Origin: the human T2T-CHM13v2.0 reference genome, Homo sapiens
DNA length: 64,000 nt
Assembly: GCF_009914755.1 (NCBI RefSeq)
Contig: NC_060925.1
Strand: one strand, 5' to 3'
The translations under genes and the position numbers were made by a program. The notes under the pieces were generated by a model. The model worked only from the letters and a program-made list of their open reading frames with translations, did not search any database and had not been told where the DNA came from. Shown in pieces: positions 27,748 through 42,189 of this stretch. Each line of letters starts with the position of its first letter. The first letter of the stretch is position 1.

Positions 27748-28085
27748 TGAATTAGTTTGCTAGGAATGCCATAATGAAATACCAAAGACTGGGTGGCTTA
27801 AACAACAAAAATTTATTTTCTCACATTTCTGGAGGCTAAAAGTCCAAGATCAAGATATCAGTAAGTCTGATGTCTTCTGCAACCTTTTTCTTAGTTTGCA
27901 AGTGGCTGTCTTCTCACCCTGTCCTCACATGGGCTTCTCCTGTGCATGCACACATCTGGCATATCTCTATGTGTCCAAATTTCTTCTTCTTATAAGGACA
28001 CCAGTCATATTAGATTAGGGTCCATCCTGATGGCTTCATTTTACCTTAATCATCTCTCTAAAAGGTTTGATATTCAAATATAATC
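27748..28085 (-). mobile_element. MLT1A/B-type MaLR LTR, truncated at a fold-back duplication
   Basis: attagtttgctagg...gactgggtggcttaaacaac...ttcttataaggacaccagtcatatt. Confidence 0.88.
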
Positions 28086-29435
28086 AATATCTTCCATGTG
28101 ACCATATTTGAATATCAGGCCTTTCAGAGAGGTGATCCATTTATTTTTATTGCCTACGTTGTTCAGTGTGTGCTTTTCTCACTTGAATCAAAGGATACCA
28201 AATAATACATGAATCATTGTTTTGTAAGTGGGAAGAGTACCTATAATAATACTTGCAAAATATTGAGTAAATTTAGGGCTAAATATTGACCCCTGTTTTT
28301 CTTATATGTCAGAAAATAGTTGCCTATACTTTTATTTCACCTTACTTATTAGTAAAACATGGTGTTGTTAAAATATTTTATTACAGAAAATCTAATCTTA
28401 CTATCCTAGGCATACTTTTCTGATGGTTACCCTGAATAAAACATTAAATAACTATTTAGCATATAGTCAAGAGTGGATACCTGGAAGAAACATTTACATC
28501 TGGGATGATTTGCCTCTTAACTCTGAAATGAGTACTGCATAATATGTTTGCAAGACATCATATATTTAGTGTAAAAAGCATTTTCCCTTATCACCTTCAG
28601 GTTTTCTGTCAGCTATATTCCCTTCAGTAAAATGATGCCAAAATATTCTCAGAAATATTGAGAATCATGCTAACTAGTATCACATAGAATTTGTTTCTTT
28701 CATGATATTCTGTAGTTCCTCCAAGAAGAAGAAGAAAAAAAAAAGGAAGAGGAAGAGGAGGAGAAAAAGGAGAAGAGGTGGGCCCAATTCCTGCCAGTGA
28801 GCCAAATTCCTGCCAGTGAAACCCATTAGCAATATGCAGCATAGAACTTCTCATAGACATTTTAATTCCTCAATAGCAAATTTGAATGGTGAACCAAGAA
28901 ATGTGAGGTAAGCCTGAATCTGAAAAAACAGCAAAAAGGAAATCAAAAGTCTTAGTGCTATTACATAGAAGAAGAAACTGTTGAATAAACCTTATTATCT
29001 TGAAGATAAGAAAAAAATTTGGCTGCCACAAAACAATAACATAATGCTTGTTTTGAAGAAGTTTTAAAGAATAAGAGTCATCAGAACTTTAAAATACCAA
29101 AACAGAATTTACAAAGTCCATTAGAAGAGTTGGAAGATTATATTAAGGAAGCTCAAGAAAACAAAACAAAAACAAACTTAAAGCTATCCTATCACTCAAT
29201 CTGTGGCTGTAGATGGGACTGTTGCAACCAGTACTAGGGACACAAATGGAATCAGGGCTGGGAAAGCCATCCCCAGTACCGAACCAGGTAGTGCAACTGG
29301 GACCACAGAGCCTATATTGGTGGCACAGTTACAGACTGGGTAGGGCACTCCATTTCCTGCCCCCATCCCTGTGGTTCCAGCAAGCCAGGTTTCTCCACTT
29401 TCTGCAAGTCCATTTTTGGCTACTTCCAATAACTA

Positions 29436-29816
<381 letters not shown>

Positions 29817-30077
29817 AATAGGCAAAGTCCCATATTAAGAGGACATATCTAATTTCTATGATTATTTTTACTGATTTAACAAAAGACAAAATGGATGAAG
29901 AAAAAAGACTATTTAGAAGGTCAATGAAAATTTGGAGAGGGGTCAACAATATTTGAAGAAGAATGAACTTGCCAAGAGGAGACAGATGCAACTAGAATAT
30001 TTACTGCGTGTCTGAATCTGCTAAAACGTGAAGCAGCATTGCCTGCATCTTCTATTCCTTCTATCAAGGATCAAGAC

Positions 30078-30625
30078 TGTATTAGTCAGGGTTCTCTAAA
30101 GGGTCAGAACTAATAGGATACATGTATAGATGAAGGGGATTTCATTAGGAGAACTGACTCACATGATCACAAAGTGAAGACCCACAGTAGGCCCTCTGCA
30201 AGCTGAGGAGCAAGGAAGCCAGTGCGGGTCCCAAAACCTCAAAAGCAAGGAAGCTGAAGGTTCAGCCTTCAGTCTGTGGCCAAAGGCCTGAGAACCCCAG
30301 CAAACCACTGGTGTAAATCCAAGAGTCCAAAAGCTGAAGAAGTTGGAGTCTGACGTTCCAAGGCCGGAAGAATCCAGCACAGGAGAAAAGATGAAGGCTG
30401 GAAGATTCAGCAAGTCTGCTCATTCCACTTTCTTCTGCCTGCTTTATTTTAGCCATGCTGGCAGCTGATTAGATGGTGCCCATCCAGATTGAGGGTGGGT
30501 CTTCCTCTCCCAGTCCACTGACTCAAATATTAATCTCCTTTGGCAACACTCTCACAGATCCACCCAGGAACAATGCTTTGCATCCTTCAATCCAATCAAG
30601 TTGACACTCAATATCAGCAATCATA
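30078..30625 (-). mobile_element. MLT2A2-like ERVL solo LTR (~548 bp)
   Basis: tgtattagtcagggttctct...caatccaatcaagttgacactcaatat; 5-bp TSD aagac at 30073-30077 and 30626-30630. Confidence 0.92.
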
Positions 30626-31504
30626 AAGACTATGCTGAGAACTATGAATGGCTACTTTTCCACTCACTATTAAATATAGTAATCAGAACTTAATATTTAT
30701 TCTCAGATTACTTATATCTTTATACTTAGAAAAATCCATTATTTTCCTTACATATGGATTTTTAAAATCTTCCATTAAGTGCTGACCTGTCCAGGCCAAC
30801 CTTACTAAAAATATGCTTAATGTTGATAGCTTATGCATAGGCATTAATATTCAAGGATGTTCTCTTTGTTAAAAAGTATTTCTACTTTTAATTTTATACA
30901 TTTTCAATGTATTTCACAAACATTTATTCTTTAACTGATAAAGCCCTTTGGCTTTATGTAAGTGCAAATCCAACATTTCCTTTTGGAATGAACGGTTAAA
31001 TTGCAGTGCCTTTGTCTTTCTCCTATGTAAAATAAATTTACAAAATGAATGTGCATAAATCCAACAAATAAAGGTATATAAAACAACCCTCATAAGTAAT
31101 TAATGGTAAGGGTAGGTACTGCGGGATGAAACAATCTGCACATTTTTCCATAAAATATTTACAGTTGTTTATATGTTAGCATCAATACTTATGGAATAAT
31201 TTCTCCAGATTGTTTTCCATCTATAAATCAAGACATTGCTTTATTGCTGATTCCACATGCAGTGAGCTCTCAGTCCTATATTTTTCTAAGCATTTCCTAT
31301 TACCTACAATATTTTCTAAAAATGATTAACATCACAAATTCCTTTATTGCACCTTCAAAAGTTACAGATTTTTAGAAATACATTAATAACAATATTAGCT
31401 GTAATAATGAAATATCAATTTTTCTTTACATCAAACTTAAAAACATACAAATTAAGGGCACCTGTGAGTTGAGGGAATTGAAAGAAAAAAATATTCCAGG
31501 CAAT

Positions 31505-31672
31505 AATTCTGGACATTGGCTGCACATAAGAAACCTCTAGAGAGAGTCTTCTATCCTGATCTTCAGGTCACACCCTTCTCAAAATAAATGGAAATCTCTA
31601 CTGATGAGACCCATATATTATTTTTAAAGTTGCCAGGAGGTTAAAATGTGTAGACAATTTTAAGAACTAACA
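31505..31672. mobile_element. MER5A-like fragment
   Basis: ttggctgcacataagaaacctct...tatttttaaagttgccaggagg...ttaagaact. Confidence 0.55.
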
Positions 31673-32924
31673 AGGCAAGGTGAATGAGCAGATTCTATAA
31701 AGTGCAATCTCTACAAACTTTTCTCAATCTCTGTTCACCACAGTTTTTTGTGAAGTCACATTTGAGGAATCTCCAGCACTTACCAAGGCTGATGAAAAAA
31801 GAGAAAGGCCAGAATCAAGGCTGTGCACAAATATCATAATTAGTACAAGGAGGAGAAGCGGGAAGTTTCTGTGATACATTTTGGTAAGAAGCCTACACCA
31901 GTTTGAACCTAATTAAAGTTATTATAATTAGCTCAGGAGGCAGATAAAATTCTGATTCAATGGAAACCCACCAGTGAAGCAGACTCACCTGAACAAACAT
32001 ATAAACGTCCTGTTCCAGCAATAGATAGGAGGCGGCTACTAAAACAGAGCCTGCTGCTTTAGTCCACTGTGGGCCCCCACAGACTTCTAACATTTTCTGA
32101 TAGAAAAATCCCAGTTTGGTTTCCCTAGATTCCGACTGATAAAGTATAGTTTTCTCTTTTCACTATCCAAAATGTTTTATTATACATAAAGTAACTTGTG
32201 AATGTGCATTTGTTATTAGCAAATGTAATTTTTGCTCAACAAAAAATGAAAAAAGAGTAAGAAAAAAGAATATGTAAAAGTAGGCTCTTTCTCCATTTGA
32301 AGTATGTTCATATGACATTTATTTTTATATTCAAGTACTTTATTTTACCAGTACTGCAAAATACCTTATCTTATTTGATACACTCTCAGTCACAATAAAA
32401 AATTTTCCCCAAACTTTAAATCATAGCGCTTTGAAAAATATTGCTCCAATAGCAATTTTTTTATGTCTGTGGGTTTACTACCTATAGCTTACAAACTTTT
32501 AGCGAAAATATTAATTTTTATATCCTCTCCCTATATACGGTTTTTTTAAAGTTAAGCTTTCCCCCACAGTCTACTGAGTACTTATTTTGTTCTTTCTACT
32601 CATCATATGTCTTTATATTTATTTAGTTATATTCATGAATGAGTAAAAAGAGGGGAAAAAAGTCTAGGAAGGAAAAGTTTACTGATCACTAAAAATTACT
32701 CAAATTACACACTAACTTCTACGTCTATTTAAAATTTAAATGCTGTATTATTTTATATGTATTAAAACAGAGATTTAATTAAGTTTGATGCTTTAAAGTA
32801 ATGTGGCTTTTTTCACATCAGACCCTCACAATATGAGTTTTTTTCTCATTAGAATTGTTGTAACTTTTAAGACAAATTAGGTTATCATTTGAGTAGATTG
32901 TACACCAATGGGATTTACTTATGT

Positions 32925-33545
32925 ATTCCCTCAATAGTTGTTTATTGAGCATTTAGTATGCGCCAAGGATTGTGTGGACACTAATAATTTGATGGCAAAA
33001 TAAGACAAAAAAAAAGAATAAAGGCCTGTTGATGCCCCCCAAAGAGTTTACAATCCAGTGGGAAGGAGACACATAAATCAGACAAGTATAAATGAAAACT
33101 ATGCAAGTTGTGGTACACCATGCTGTGCAGGTATGACTCGGAGAGATTGACAAGATGCTACCTAGGGAAGGGAAATTGAGGAATAATCTGAAGAATGAAT
33201 CATTTTATGAAAAGAGTGTGGGAGCAGCAGAAATGTAGAAAATTGGGAAGCTTGACAATGGCACAGTCTAGCAAGAAAAAGAACCTTGACTAGATTGAGA
33301 GAGCAGGGAAATGGAGGAGAGAAAACAACTGGAGACATAAGCAGACTGTCAGGCTGTGTAAAGAATGCCTGAAGTACCCTGAGAACTGTATGAAACCAGT
33401 GACAAGGGCTTGACATGATCATACTAGTCTTTTGAAAAATCCACTTTGCTTGTATTCTGAATAACTAGTTGGAGTGCAGCAAGACCGGATATGTCGAGAC
33501 AAGTTAAAAGACCCCTGAGGTAGTACACATGATACAAGTTAGTAG
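32925..33545 (-). mobile_element. L2 3' region
   Basis: tttattgagcatttagtatgcgccaagg...gagtttacaatccagtggg. Confidence 0.7.
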
Positions 33546-34032
33546 TGATTTTATGTTAATATTTTATTAACTAATTTACATAACTTACAACAATCACAGT
33601 TTGGAAGTTTCCACTTTTTAGCTATAGAATGATGCTACCTTATTGGCCATTAAATAAAATGGATTCCTTATTAAACTTGTATTAAAATGGAAATCTTTAT
33701 GCCAGCATTCATTAAAATGGCAAAAGAATAAAAGCAATTTGCAAGATTACAAGGATGAAAATAGAAACAGAAGCTGCAAGAACAAAAGTTGATTGACTCC
33801 AGTATTACTGAATGTGACATAAATTTCTACTTATTCATTCCACTTCCTAACTAAAACCTGACTTTTCTAGGAGGCTATATAATCATCATTTTAATAAGTT
33901 GCTAATCAATTTTAAATTCCTTTCATATAATAAATTTCCAACTTGACAATTGGAAATCCTAGTGATACCTGATATGCATTACATGGAAATAGGAGCTGCA
34001 GTCCTTGATGAAAAAAGCAGACATGGGGGTGG

Positions 34033-34531
34033 TGTATTGGTTAGGGATCTCCAGAGAGACAGAACCAGTAGGATATATACATTACTCTCTCTAGAAAGAG
34101 AGTGTTAGAAGAAATTGGCTCACATATATTTTATTGGTTCTGCCTCTAAAGAAAAAGAGAGATTTAGAAGAAATTGTCTTGCATGATGATAGAGACTGGA
34201 AGTCCAAAATCTGTGGAGCCCATGTCCCAGTTAGAGTCCAAAGGTTGGGAGCTGCTGTAGAACCAGGAAGAAACCAATATCTCAGTTTGACAGCTACCAG
34301 GAAGGATAATTTTCTTTTATGCTGTGAAGGGTGGGCCTTTAGTTGTATTTAGGCCTCCAACTGATTGGGTGAGGTGCATCCACATTATGGAGGGCATTCT
34401 GCTTTACTCAGTCTGTCAATTTAAGTGTTCATCTCATCCAAAGCACTCTCACAGAAATGTCAGAAAAGTGTATGTCCAAATATCTGGGCACCACCTGGTC
34501 CTGTCAAGTGGCATATAAATTAACCACCACG
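34033..34531 (-). mobile_element. MLT2B/C/D-like ERVL solo LTR
   Basis: tgtattggttagggatctccagagagacagaaccagtagga...aaattaaccaccac. Confidence 0.85.
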
Positions 34532-35235
34532 GATGGATTCAAGAATAATTCAACACACATGCACACACACACACACAAACTATACAACTATCACACATTT
34601 AAATTTGAAATCTAGTACCTTATTTTTATTTGTCAGTTAATAGCTACTTTCTTTTTATCTTGCAAGATAACATTTCTCGGTGTGGGTGAGAAAATTTGAA
34701 GTCGATCTTAAATGTATTTATAGCAAATGAAATGCCATATCTGTTTACATTTTTATTTTAAAATATAGGTGTAAAGAGTTTTCTGTTTGTTTTGTTTTTT
34801 GCTAATTACAAAGCTTCTGACTTTAGATATTAATACTAACAATTAGGTGAATAGCGGATTATAAGAGAGAGAAAAAGATAAAGAGAAATTAGGATACGTT
34901 TTTACAACTTAGGATTTCTTCAACTTTTGTACTGTAAGAAAAAATAATTTTTCTGTATAACAACATTTCCTTTTTCATATATAACATATGAAAGTCAGAA
35001 CACTGAAATGTTTTATACATATTTAAAATTTCAGTGTACTATTCCATTAATTAGCTGTCATAAACAGTTTTCTTATTGATGTATATTGAAAATTATAATT
35101 TGTTGAAGGCAATGTAAGTAAAGCTGTCAATGGATTTAAAATAACTGATATAGAATTATTTAAACTTATAGTTATTTGTGCAAGAATTTTATGGGCTTTC
35201 AAACAAAAGAATAACAAAAGCAACAACAAAGTTGG

Positions 35236-35640
35236 ACCTATGGACAAAACTGTATCCCTCCTCCCCCAATTTTCATGTGACTGGTGAAGCCTTAATCTCC
35301 AATATGACTGCATTTGGACATAAAGCTTACAGGGAATACGTAAGGTTATATGAGGTCATAGGGTTGGAATCTGACCTGATAGGAATAGTGGGCTTATAAG
35401 AAAAGACACCAGAGAGCTCCATCCCTGAAAGGGTGCACAGATGGAGGGAAACGTTGTGTGAAGACATAGTGGGAAGGCAGCAATCAGGAATCCAGGAAGA
35501 GTGTCTCACCAGAAACCTAATTGGCCAGAACCAGGATTTTGAACCTCAAGCCTCCAGAACTATGAATAAATAAATTGCTGGTTTTTTTAAGCCACCCAGT
35601 CTATAGTATTTTGTGATGGCAACCTGAGTTGACTTACACA
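35236..35640 (+). mobile_element. MLT1A-type MaLR solo LTR
   Basis: tatggacaaaactgt...gcctccagaact...aagccacccagtctatagtattttgt. Confidence 0.85.
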
Positions 35641-35949
35641 CTGTAAAAGCTAAACCGGCTGGGATCATTTTTAGTAGTTAATCTCATACCCAGAATATCT
35701 TGCTATTCCATTTTATTGGTATATATATTTCATGGTTCCTGAAAACTTGATGCATGAATTTTTAACATGAATTATAATTTTTTAATTTATAATATTGATG
35801 CTTCATAAGACATTCACTACTTATAGAATACAGATTTGTGGTAAATCTAGACCCTAGTTTCATTTGGTCATGAGTTTTGAGTTCAGAGAAAGATGTTTTC
35901 ATTAGGTAAGATTACCTGTAAAGCAGTAATCAAGTTATCTAGCCCATAG

Positions 35950-36362
35950 CAAGCCCAGAGTGAACTTTTAATTTCCCCCCCAAACTTGCCTTTCCCACAG
36001 TTTTCTCCATCTTGGTAAATGCCACCAATATCCACTTGGCTGTGCAAGCCAAAATCTTAGCTGCATCTTGAATATCTTTATTGACTGTCACTTTCTGATA
36101 GACATTCCTAACTATTGAATAGAAAGTAAGAAACCTGCCCTTCTTGTCACAATTCTCTGCGTATCATTTATCACAACTTGATATATCTACTTCTTAAAAT
36201 TATTCATTTGTTTGAATATAGTCTGTCTCCTCTACTAGCATTTTAACCTCATGATCAGGAGACCTTGGTTCTCTCATCTTCTTCATTCCTAGTTCTGGAC
36301 CTGTGCCAGCCACATAGAAACTGCTTAATAATTATTTGTTGAAGAATGTTCTAAATGAATAA
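35950..36362 (+). mobile_element. L2 fragments
   Basis: ttttctccatcttggtaaatg...caagccaaaatctt...gtctcctctactag...attatttgttgaagaatg. Confidence 0.6.
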
Positions 36363-36778
36363 TCCGCAGCAAAGCCCTGAGAAGTAAGTATTATCCACTT
36401 CACTTTACGAGAACAGAGACATTAAATCACCACTAAAATCCTATTTAACTTTTTTTGAGCTTTAGATATCTTTAAAAATGGCCATAAGACCTAATAAAAT
36501 TGTTTCAAGGTTTTGATAAGATATTGAATAGAGTCAAATTGTGTAGCAGATCATCTGTCACACAATAAATTTTTAATGAATATTTTCTCATTTTTTTTGA
36601 GTGGATCAAAACAAGAAATTTAGAATTGAGTTTGACACTTTTCCCCCACTATAACTTATAACTAAGAATTCTGTGTCTGTTGAAATTCAAGTAAACAGTC
36701 ATATATGTAAAAATCTTTAAAAATCAATCTCCTAATACACTGGCAATAAAAAAAAAAAAACTTTAGAAATAAATTCAC

Positions 36779-37123
<345 letters not shown>

Positions 37124-39047
37124 TTAGTTATGTAGTATTTTAAACTATATACTGTTGTGATCACCACCACAATCATGATACAGAAAATATTTGTATTTTC
37201 CCCAAAACTTTCCTTATGCACCTTTGCAGTCAACCAGTCCCCAAACTAGCACTAACTTCTTGTAACTAGTGATGTTTTCTTCCCCTATAATTTTGCCTTT
37301 GTCAGACATGTTTTACAACTATTTTTTCCCAGTATGCGACTTGTCATTTTATTTTGAAACAATGACTTTTGAAGGGCATACATGTTTTTTATGAAGTCCA
37401 ATTTATCAAGCTTGTCTTTTATGATTTGTATTTCATGTCTTATAGCTTAGAACTTTTATGTACCTAAGGTCAAAAATTGTTTTTCCTAAATATTCTTCTA
37501 AAAGTTTAAAAATTTTAGATACAAAATCCAGGTCTAAAATCTATTTTCAGTTAATTTTTTAACAAGTTGTGATATATGTGTTAAGATTTATTTATTTGTT
37601 GGTAAGTTGAAGTCCAATTACTTTAGTATAATTTGTTGAATAGACTTCATTAAATTGCTTTTGTGCACTTGCAGGAAAACAATTGACTGTATATTTGTAA
37701 AACAATTTCTGGTCTCTACTGTCCCATTGATTTCTGTACCTATTATTTTGTCAATATGATATTGGTTCAATTATTTTTGCTTTATGATAATTACTTAATA
37801 TGAGTATAGGTTTTTCAACTTTGCTTTTCTTTTTAAAAAATACTTTTGATGTTCCAGATATTTTGCTTCTTTATATGAATTTTGGAATCTTCTTGCTAAT
37901 TTCTACTAAAAAATTTGCTTTAGTTTTTTTATTGGGATTGCATTGACTCTACAGATGAGTTAGGAGAAGTAAAATCTTTACAATATTGAGTCTTCCAATC
38001 CATAAACATGGGATATACTGTAATTTATTGAGGCTTATTTTGATTTCTTTCATTCGTGTTTTGTAATGTTTAGCCTACAAAATTTGAAAATATTTTTAAA
38101 AATTCAGACTTTAGTATTTCAAGGATTTTTTTTTTTTGGTGTTATGTTGAATGGTACTGTAATTTCTCTCCCTAACCATTTGTTTATTCTGTGACATTGC
38201 TAAAACCCATGTATCAGGTACAGTAACATTTGCAAATTCTTCTAAGACAATCAGCATGTTATCTGAATATAGAGCTAATTTCATTTCTTTTCCAATTTCA
38301 CACTTTTTATTTCTTTTTTTATGTCTTATATAAAATAAGGCAACAACACCATGTTGAATAGAAGTGGTGAAAGCAAATTTCCTTTCCTGGTTTCCGTCTT
38401 AGAAAGTATTCATGCTTTCAACTTTAAGTGTGATGTCAGTTGTAAAGTTTTGTAAATGTCCTTAATCAGGCCAAGAAATTTTTTTAGTTTGCTAAAATGT
38501 TTTTAGTTTGAGAGTATTTTTTTATGAAGGGATATTGAATTTGGCCAGGTGCATTTTCTGGATCTACTAAGATGATAAATATGCATTTTCTTCTTTTTCT
38601 TCTTTACCATTGAAATCTTAATGTTGAATCAGATTGCACTTCTGCATAAATTCCACTTGGTCATCATGTATTATCTATCTATCCATTTATCTATCTATCT
38701 AATTTATAATTTATCTTGCTGAATTTAATTTATTAATATTTTATTGAGAATTTCTGCATATATTTTTATAATAGATTTAGTTTGTAGTTTTCTTGTAATA
38801 TATTTGTCTGACTTTAGGATAATGACAATGCTCTCATTATAAAATAAGTTGTAAAATATTACCTCCATTTCTGTTTTCTGGAAGAGTTTATATAGAATTG
38901 GTAACTGTTTCTAATCAAATGTGTAGTAGAATTTTCTAATGAAGCTGTCTTGTTCTGCCATTTATTGAAAGAATTTTGCCTATAAATTCAATTTATTTAA
39001 TAACCATCATTAAAGACTATTCTAATTATTAATATCTTCTTTCATAA

Positions 39048-39389
<342 letters not shown>

Positions 39390-40937
39390 CTTCTTTCATA
39401 GACTTTGGTAGTTTGTGTCCTTCAAGGAATTTGCTCATTTTTTTTTTCTATTTACCAATGCATTGTTACATTTGTCTTTATAATTGTTTATTTTCTTTTT
39501 TCTTTTTTTTTTTTTTTTTTTGCTCTAGCACTAATTTTATAGTCCTATAGTCCTTTTTTCGTTTCTTAAGGTGGAAACATAGATTATTGATTTAAGGTTT
39601 TTATATTTTTCTAATATAGGAATTTAATGCTACATATTTTTCTCTGAGCACTTCTTTCAATTTATACCAACATTTTTATGTTTCATTTTCATTTTTTTTG
39701 TTCAAAATGTTTTCTAATTTTTATAATGTTTTATTCTTTGAACAATGAGTTCTTCAGAAAAATGATTTGGGAATTTTACAATTATTTCTTTTGTTACTAA
39801 TATCTACTTTTATTCAATTTTGGTAGGAGAGAACATTTTGGGCAAATTCAATTTATTAAAATTTGCAGATTTTTGATTTAAGGTCCAGGATAGCATCTAT
39901 CTTGGTGAATATTACATGAGCTACTGGAAAAGTAGTTAATTCTGCTTTTGTTTGATGAAATGTTCCATATATAATAATTTGATTACATTGATTGAGAGTA
40001 TCACTCACATCTTTTATAACCTTTTTGCTTTTCTGTGTACATTTCTGTTATCAAATACTAAAAAATAATGTTAAGGTCTTCAACTAATTGTGTATGTGCC
40101 TGATCCCTTTTCAGTTTTATAATGCTTTGTTTCACAAATTTTGGAGCTCTATTTTCAGATAAAAACACATTCAGGGTTGTTATGTCTTCTTGGTAAATAG
40201 ATACTTTTTTCATTGTATAATAATACTAACTCTGATAGTGCTCCATGTGCTGAAGTCTGATTCGTGTGTTATTAGTATAGCTATTCCAGCATCTTTTTGC
40301 ACAGTATTATATGGTATATCATTTTCTGTTCTTTTGCTTTCAATCTATCCATATCTTTATAGTTTAAGTGCATTTACATAGACAGCATAGAGTTGTATCT
40401 TGATCTGTAATTCAGTCTAGAAAACTGACTATTTTCAATTGATATGTTTAGATCATTTACATTTATTATAATTATTGCTATGGTTAGATTGAATTTTACC
40501 ATCTTCCTAGTTTTTTACTCTTTTTTCCATCTGTTTTTTGTTCCCTTTTTTTAAAAAAAGATTTTATAGTTTGTTGAGTATTTTTAAATAATTCTATTTT
40601 ATATCTACCATTGGCTTCTCATTTATTTCAGTGTTATTCATTTTAGTATTATTTTTACTATTTTGGTTATTTGTATTTAGTATTATTTTAAAATTTATTT
40701 TACCATTACTCTTATGGTTGCTCTAGGGTTTAAAATATATATCTTTCGTTCATTATAGTTTTCCTTCAAATAATAATGTATGGCTTTATGTAGTGCATAA
40801 CTGTTATAGTATATTTCCAAATCTTTTTTCTCATCTTTTTTGCTATCATTGTCATACATTTTATTTTTCTTATGCTGTAAACTTTGAATGCATTGCTACT
40901 ATATATACTTTAGACAGTCAGTTATCTTTTTAAAAAT

Positions 40938-41106
40938 ATAGCCTTCATTTTAGAGCAGTTTTAGAGTCACAGCAAAATTTAACAAAATGTACAAAGATTT
41001 TCCATATACCTCTGCCCCACACATGTATAGCCCTCCCCCCATAAACTTCCTCCATCAGATCGATGTATTTTTTACAACTGATGGGCATGCATTGGCATAT
41101 CATTAT
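40938..41106 (-). mobile_element. Short L1MC/MD 3'-end insertion nested in the older L1
   Basis: ttttagagcagttttagagtcacagcaaaatt...cccacacatgtatagcc; flanked by cagtt(a/g)..ttttaaaa direct repeats. Confidence 0.7.
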
Positions 41107-41484
41107 CAGTTGCCTTTTAAAATAACTAGAATAAAAGAACAGTGTCTTTTATATTTATCTTTATTTCTAACTTTTCCAGTTTTTCATTTTCTTATATAGA
41201 TACAATTATGTGCTCTGGTATCATATTCCTTCTGCCTCAAGAATTCCTTTTAATGAATTCCCTGTTTTGTTTGTATGTAGACTTTTTCTGAAATATATTT
41301 TGATTGGATATATAATTACAAATTGATGATTTTTTTCTTTCAACCTTTTAAAAATGTCTCAAATGGTATCAAGCTTACATAGTTTCAGATGAGAATTCTG
41401 CTTCTTTTTCCCTTTAGCTTTTTTTGTTCTTATGTATGCATCTTTATTCCCTTACTGCTTTAAAGATTTTCTGTTATATGTAAT

Positions 41485-41688
41485 AAGGACTTTCACTCTC
41501 ACTCTGAACAACATGGGAAGCCATTGGAGGGTTTGAGCAGAGGGGTATCATTATCTGTCTTTGGTAATGACAGAATCACTATGGCTACAGTGAAAAAAAC
41601 AAACTAAATAAGGTCAACAGCAAAATCAAGGAGCCCAGTTAGGAGCTTATTGTAATAATCCAGGCAAGAGATGATAATTGCTTGAGAG
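41485..41688 (-). mobile_element. L2 fragment
   Basis: atgggaagccattggagggtttgagcagagg...taatccaggcaagagatgat. Confidence 0.75.
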
Positions 41689-41689
41689 A

Positions 41690-42189
41690 TGTGGTTTCTT
41701 TTTTGATGTGTCAATTTAATTTGGGTTTAGCCCTCACTTATTCAATTAATCACTAGTCTAGTTGTTTTGAAGGGAGCTTGCAAAGGTAATTAAAATCCCT
41801 AATCAGTTGGTTTTAAGTAAGGGAGTCTGTACTGGATAACACAAATGGACCTGATTTAATCAGTTAGAAGACATTCAAAGTAGTGCTGAATTTTTCTTGA
41901 GGGAATAGAAGAAATTCTGCTTGTGGGAAAATAGCTTTGGCCATGCACATGATTTCCAGCATACTTGTGATCTTACTTTCCAGACAGTCTGCACTACAGT
42001 TTTCAGACTTGCATACCCAGCCCACACAATCACAAAAGCCACTTCCTTGAACTCTTTCCCTCTCTGTCCCTACTCTCTCTTTCTCCCCACAATCTCTCGC
42101 TCTATATGGACACACACACACACAAACACAGACACACACACACATTTATTTTACTTGTTCTGCTTCTCTGGTGAACCCAAACTGATACA
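41690..42189 (+). mobile_element. MLT2E/F-like ERVL solo LTR with internal (CT)/(CA) repeats
   Basis: gtgtcaattt...taatcagttggttttaagtaagggag...gttctgcttctctggtgaacccaaactgataca. Confidence 0.75.
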
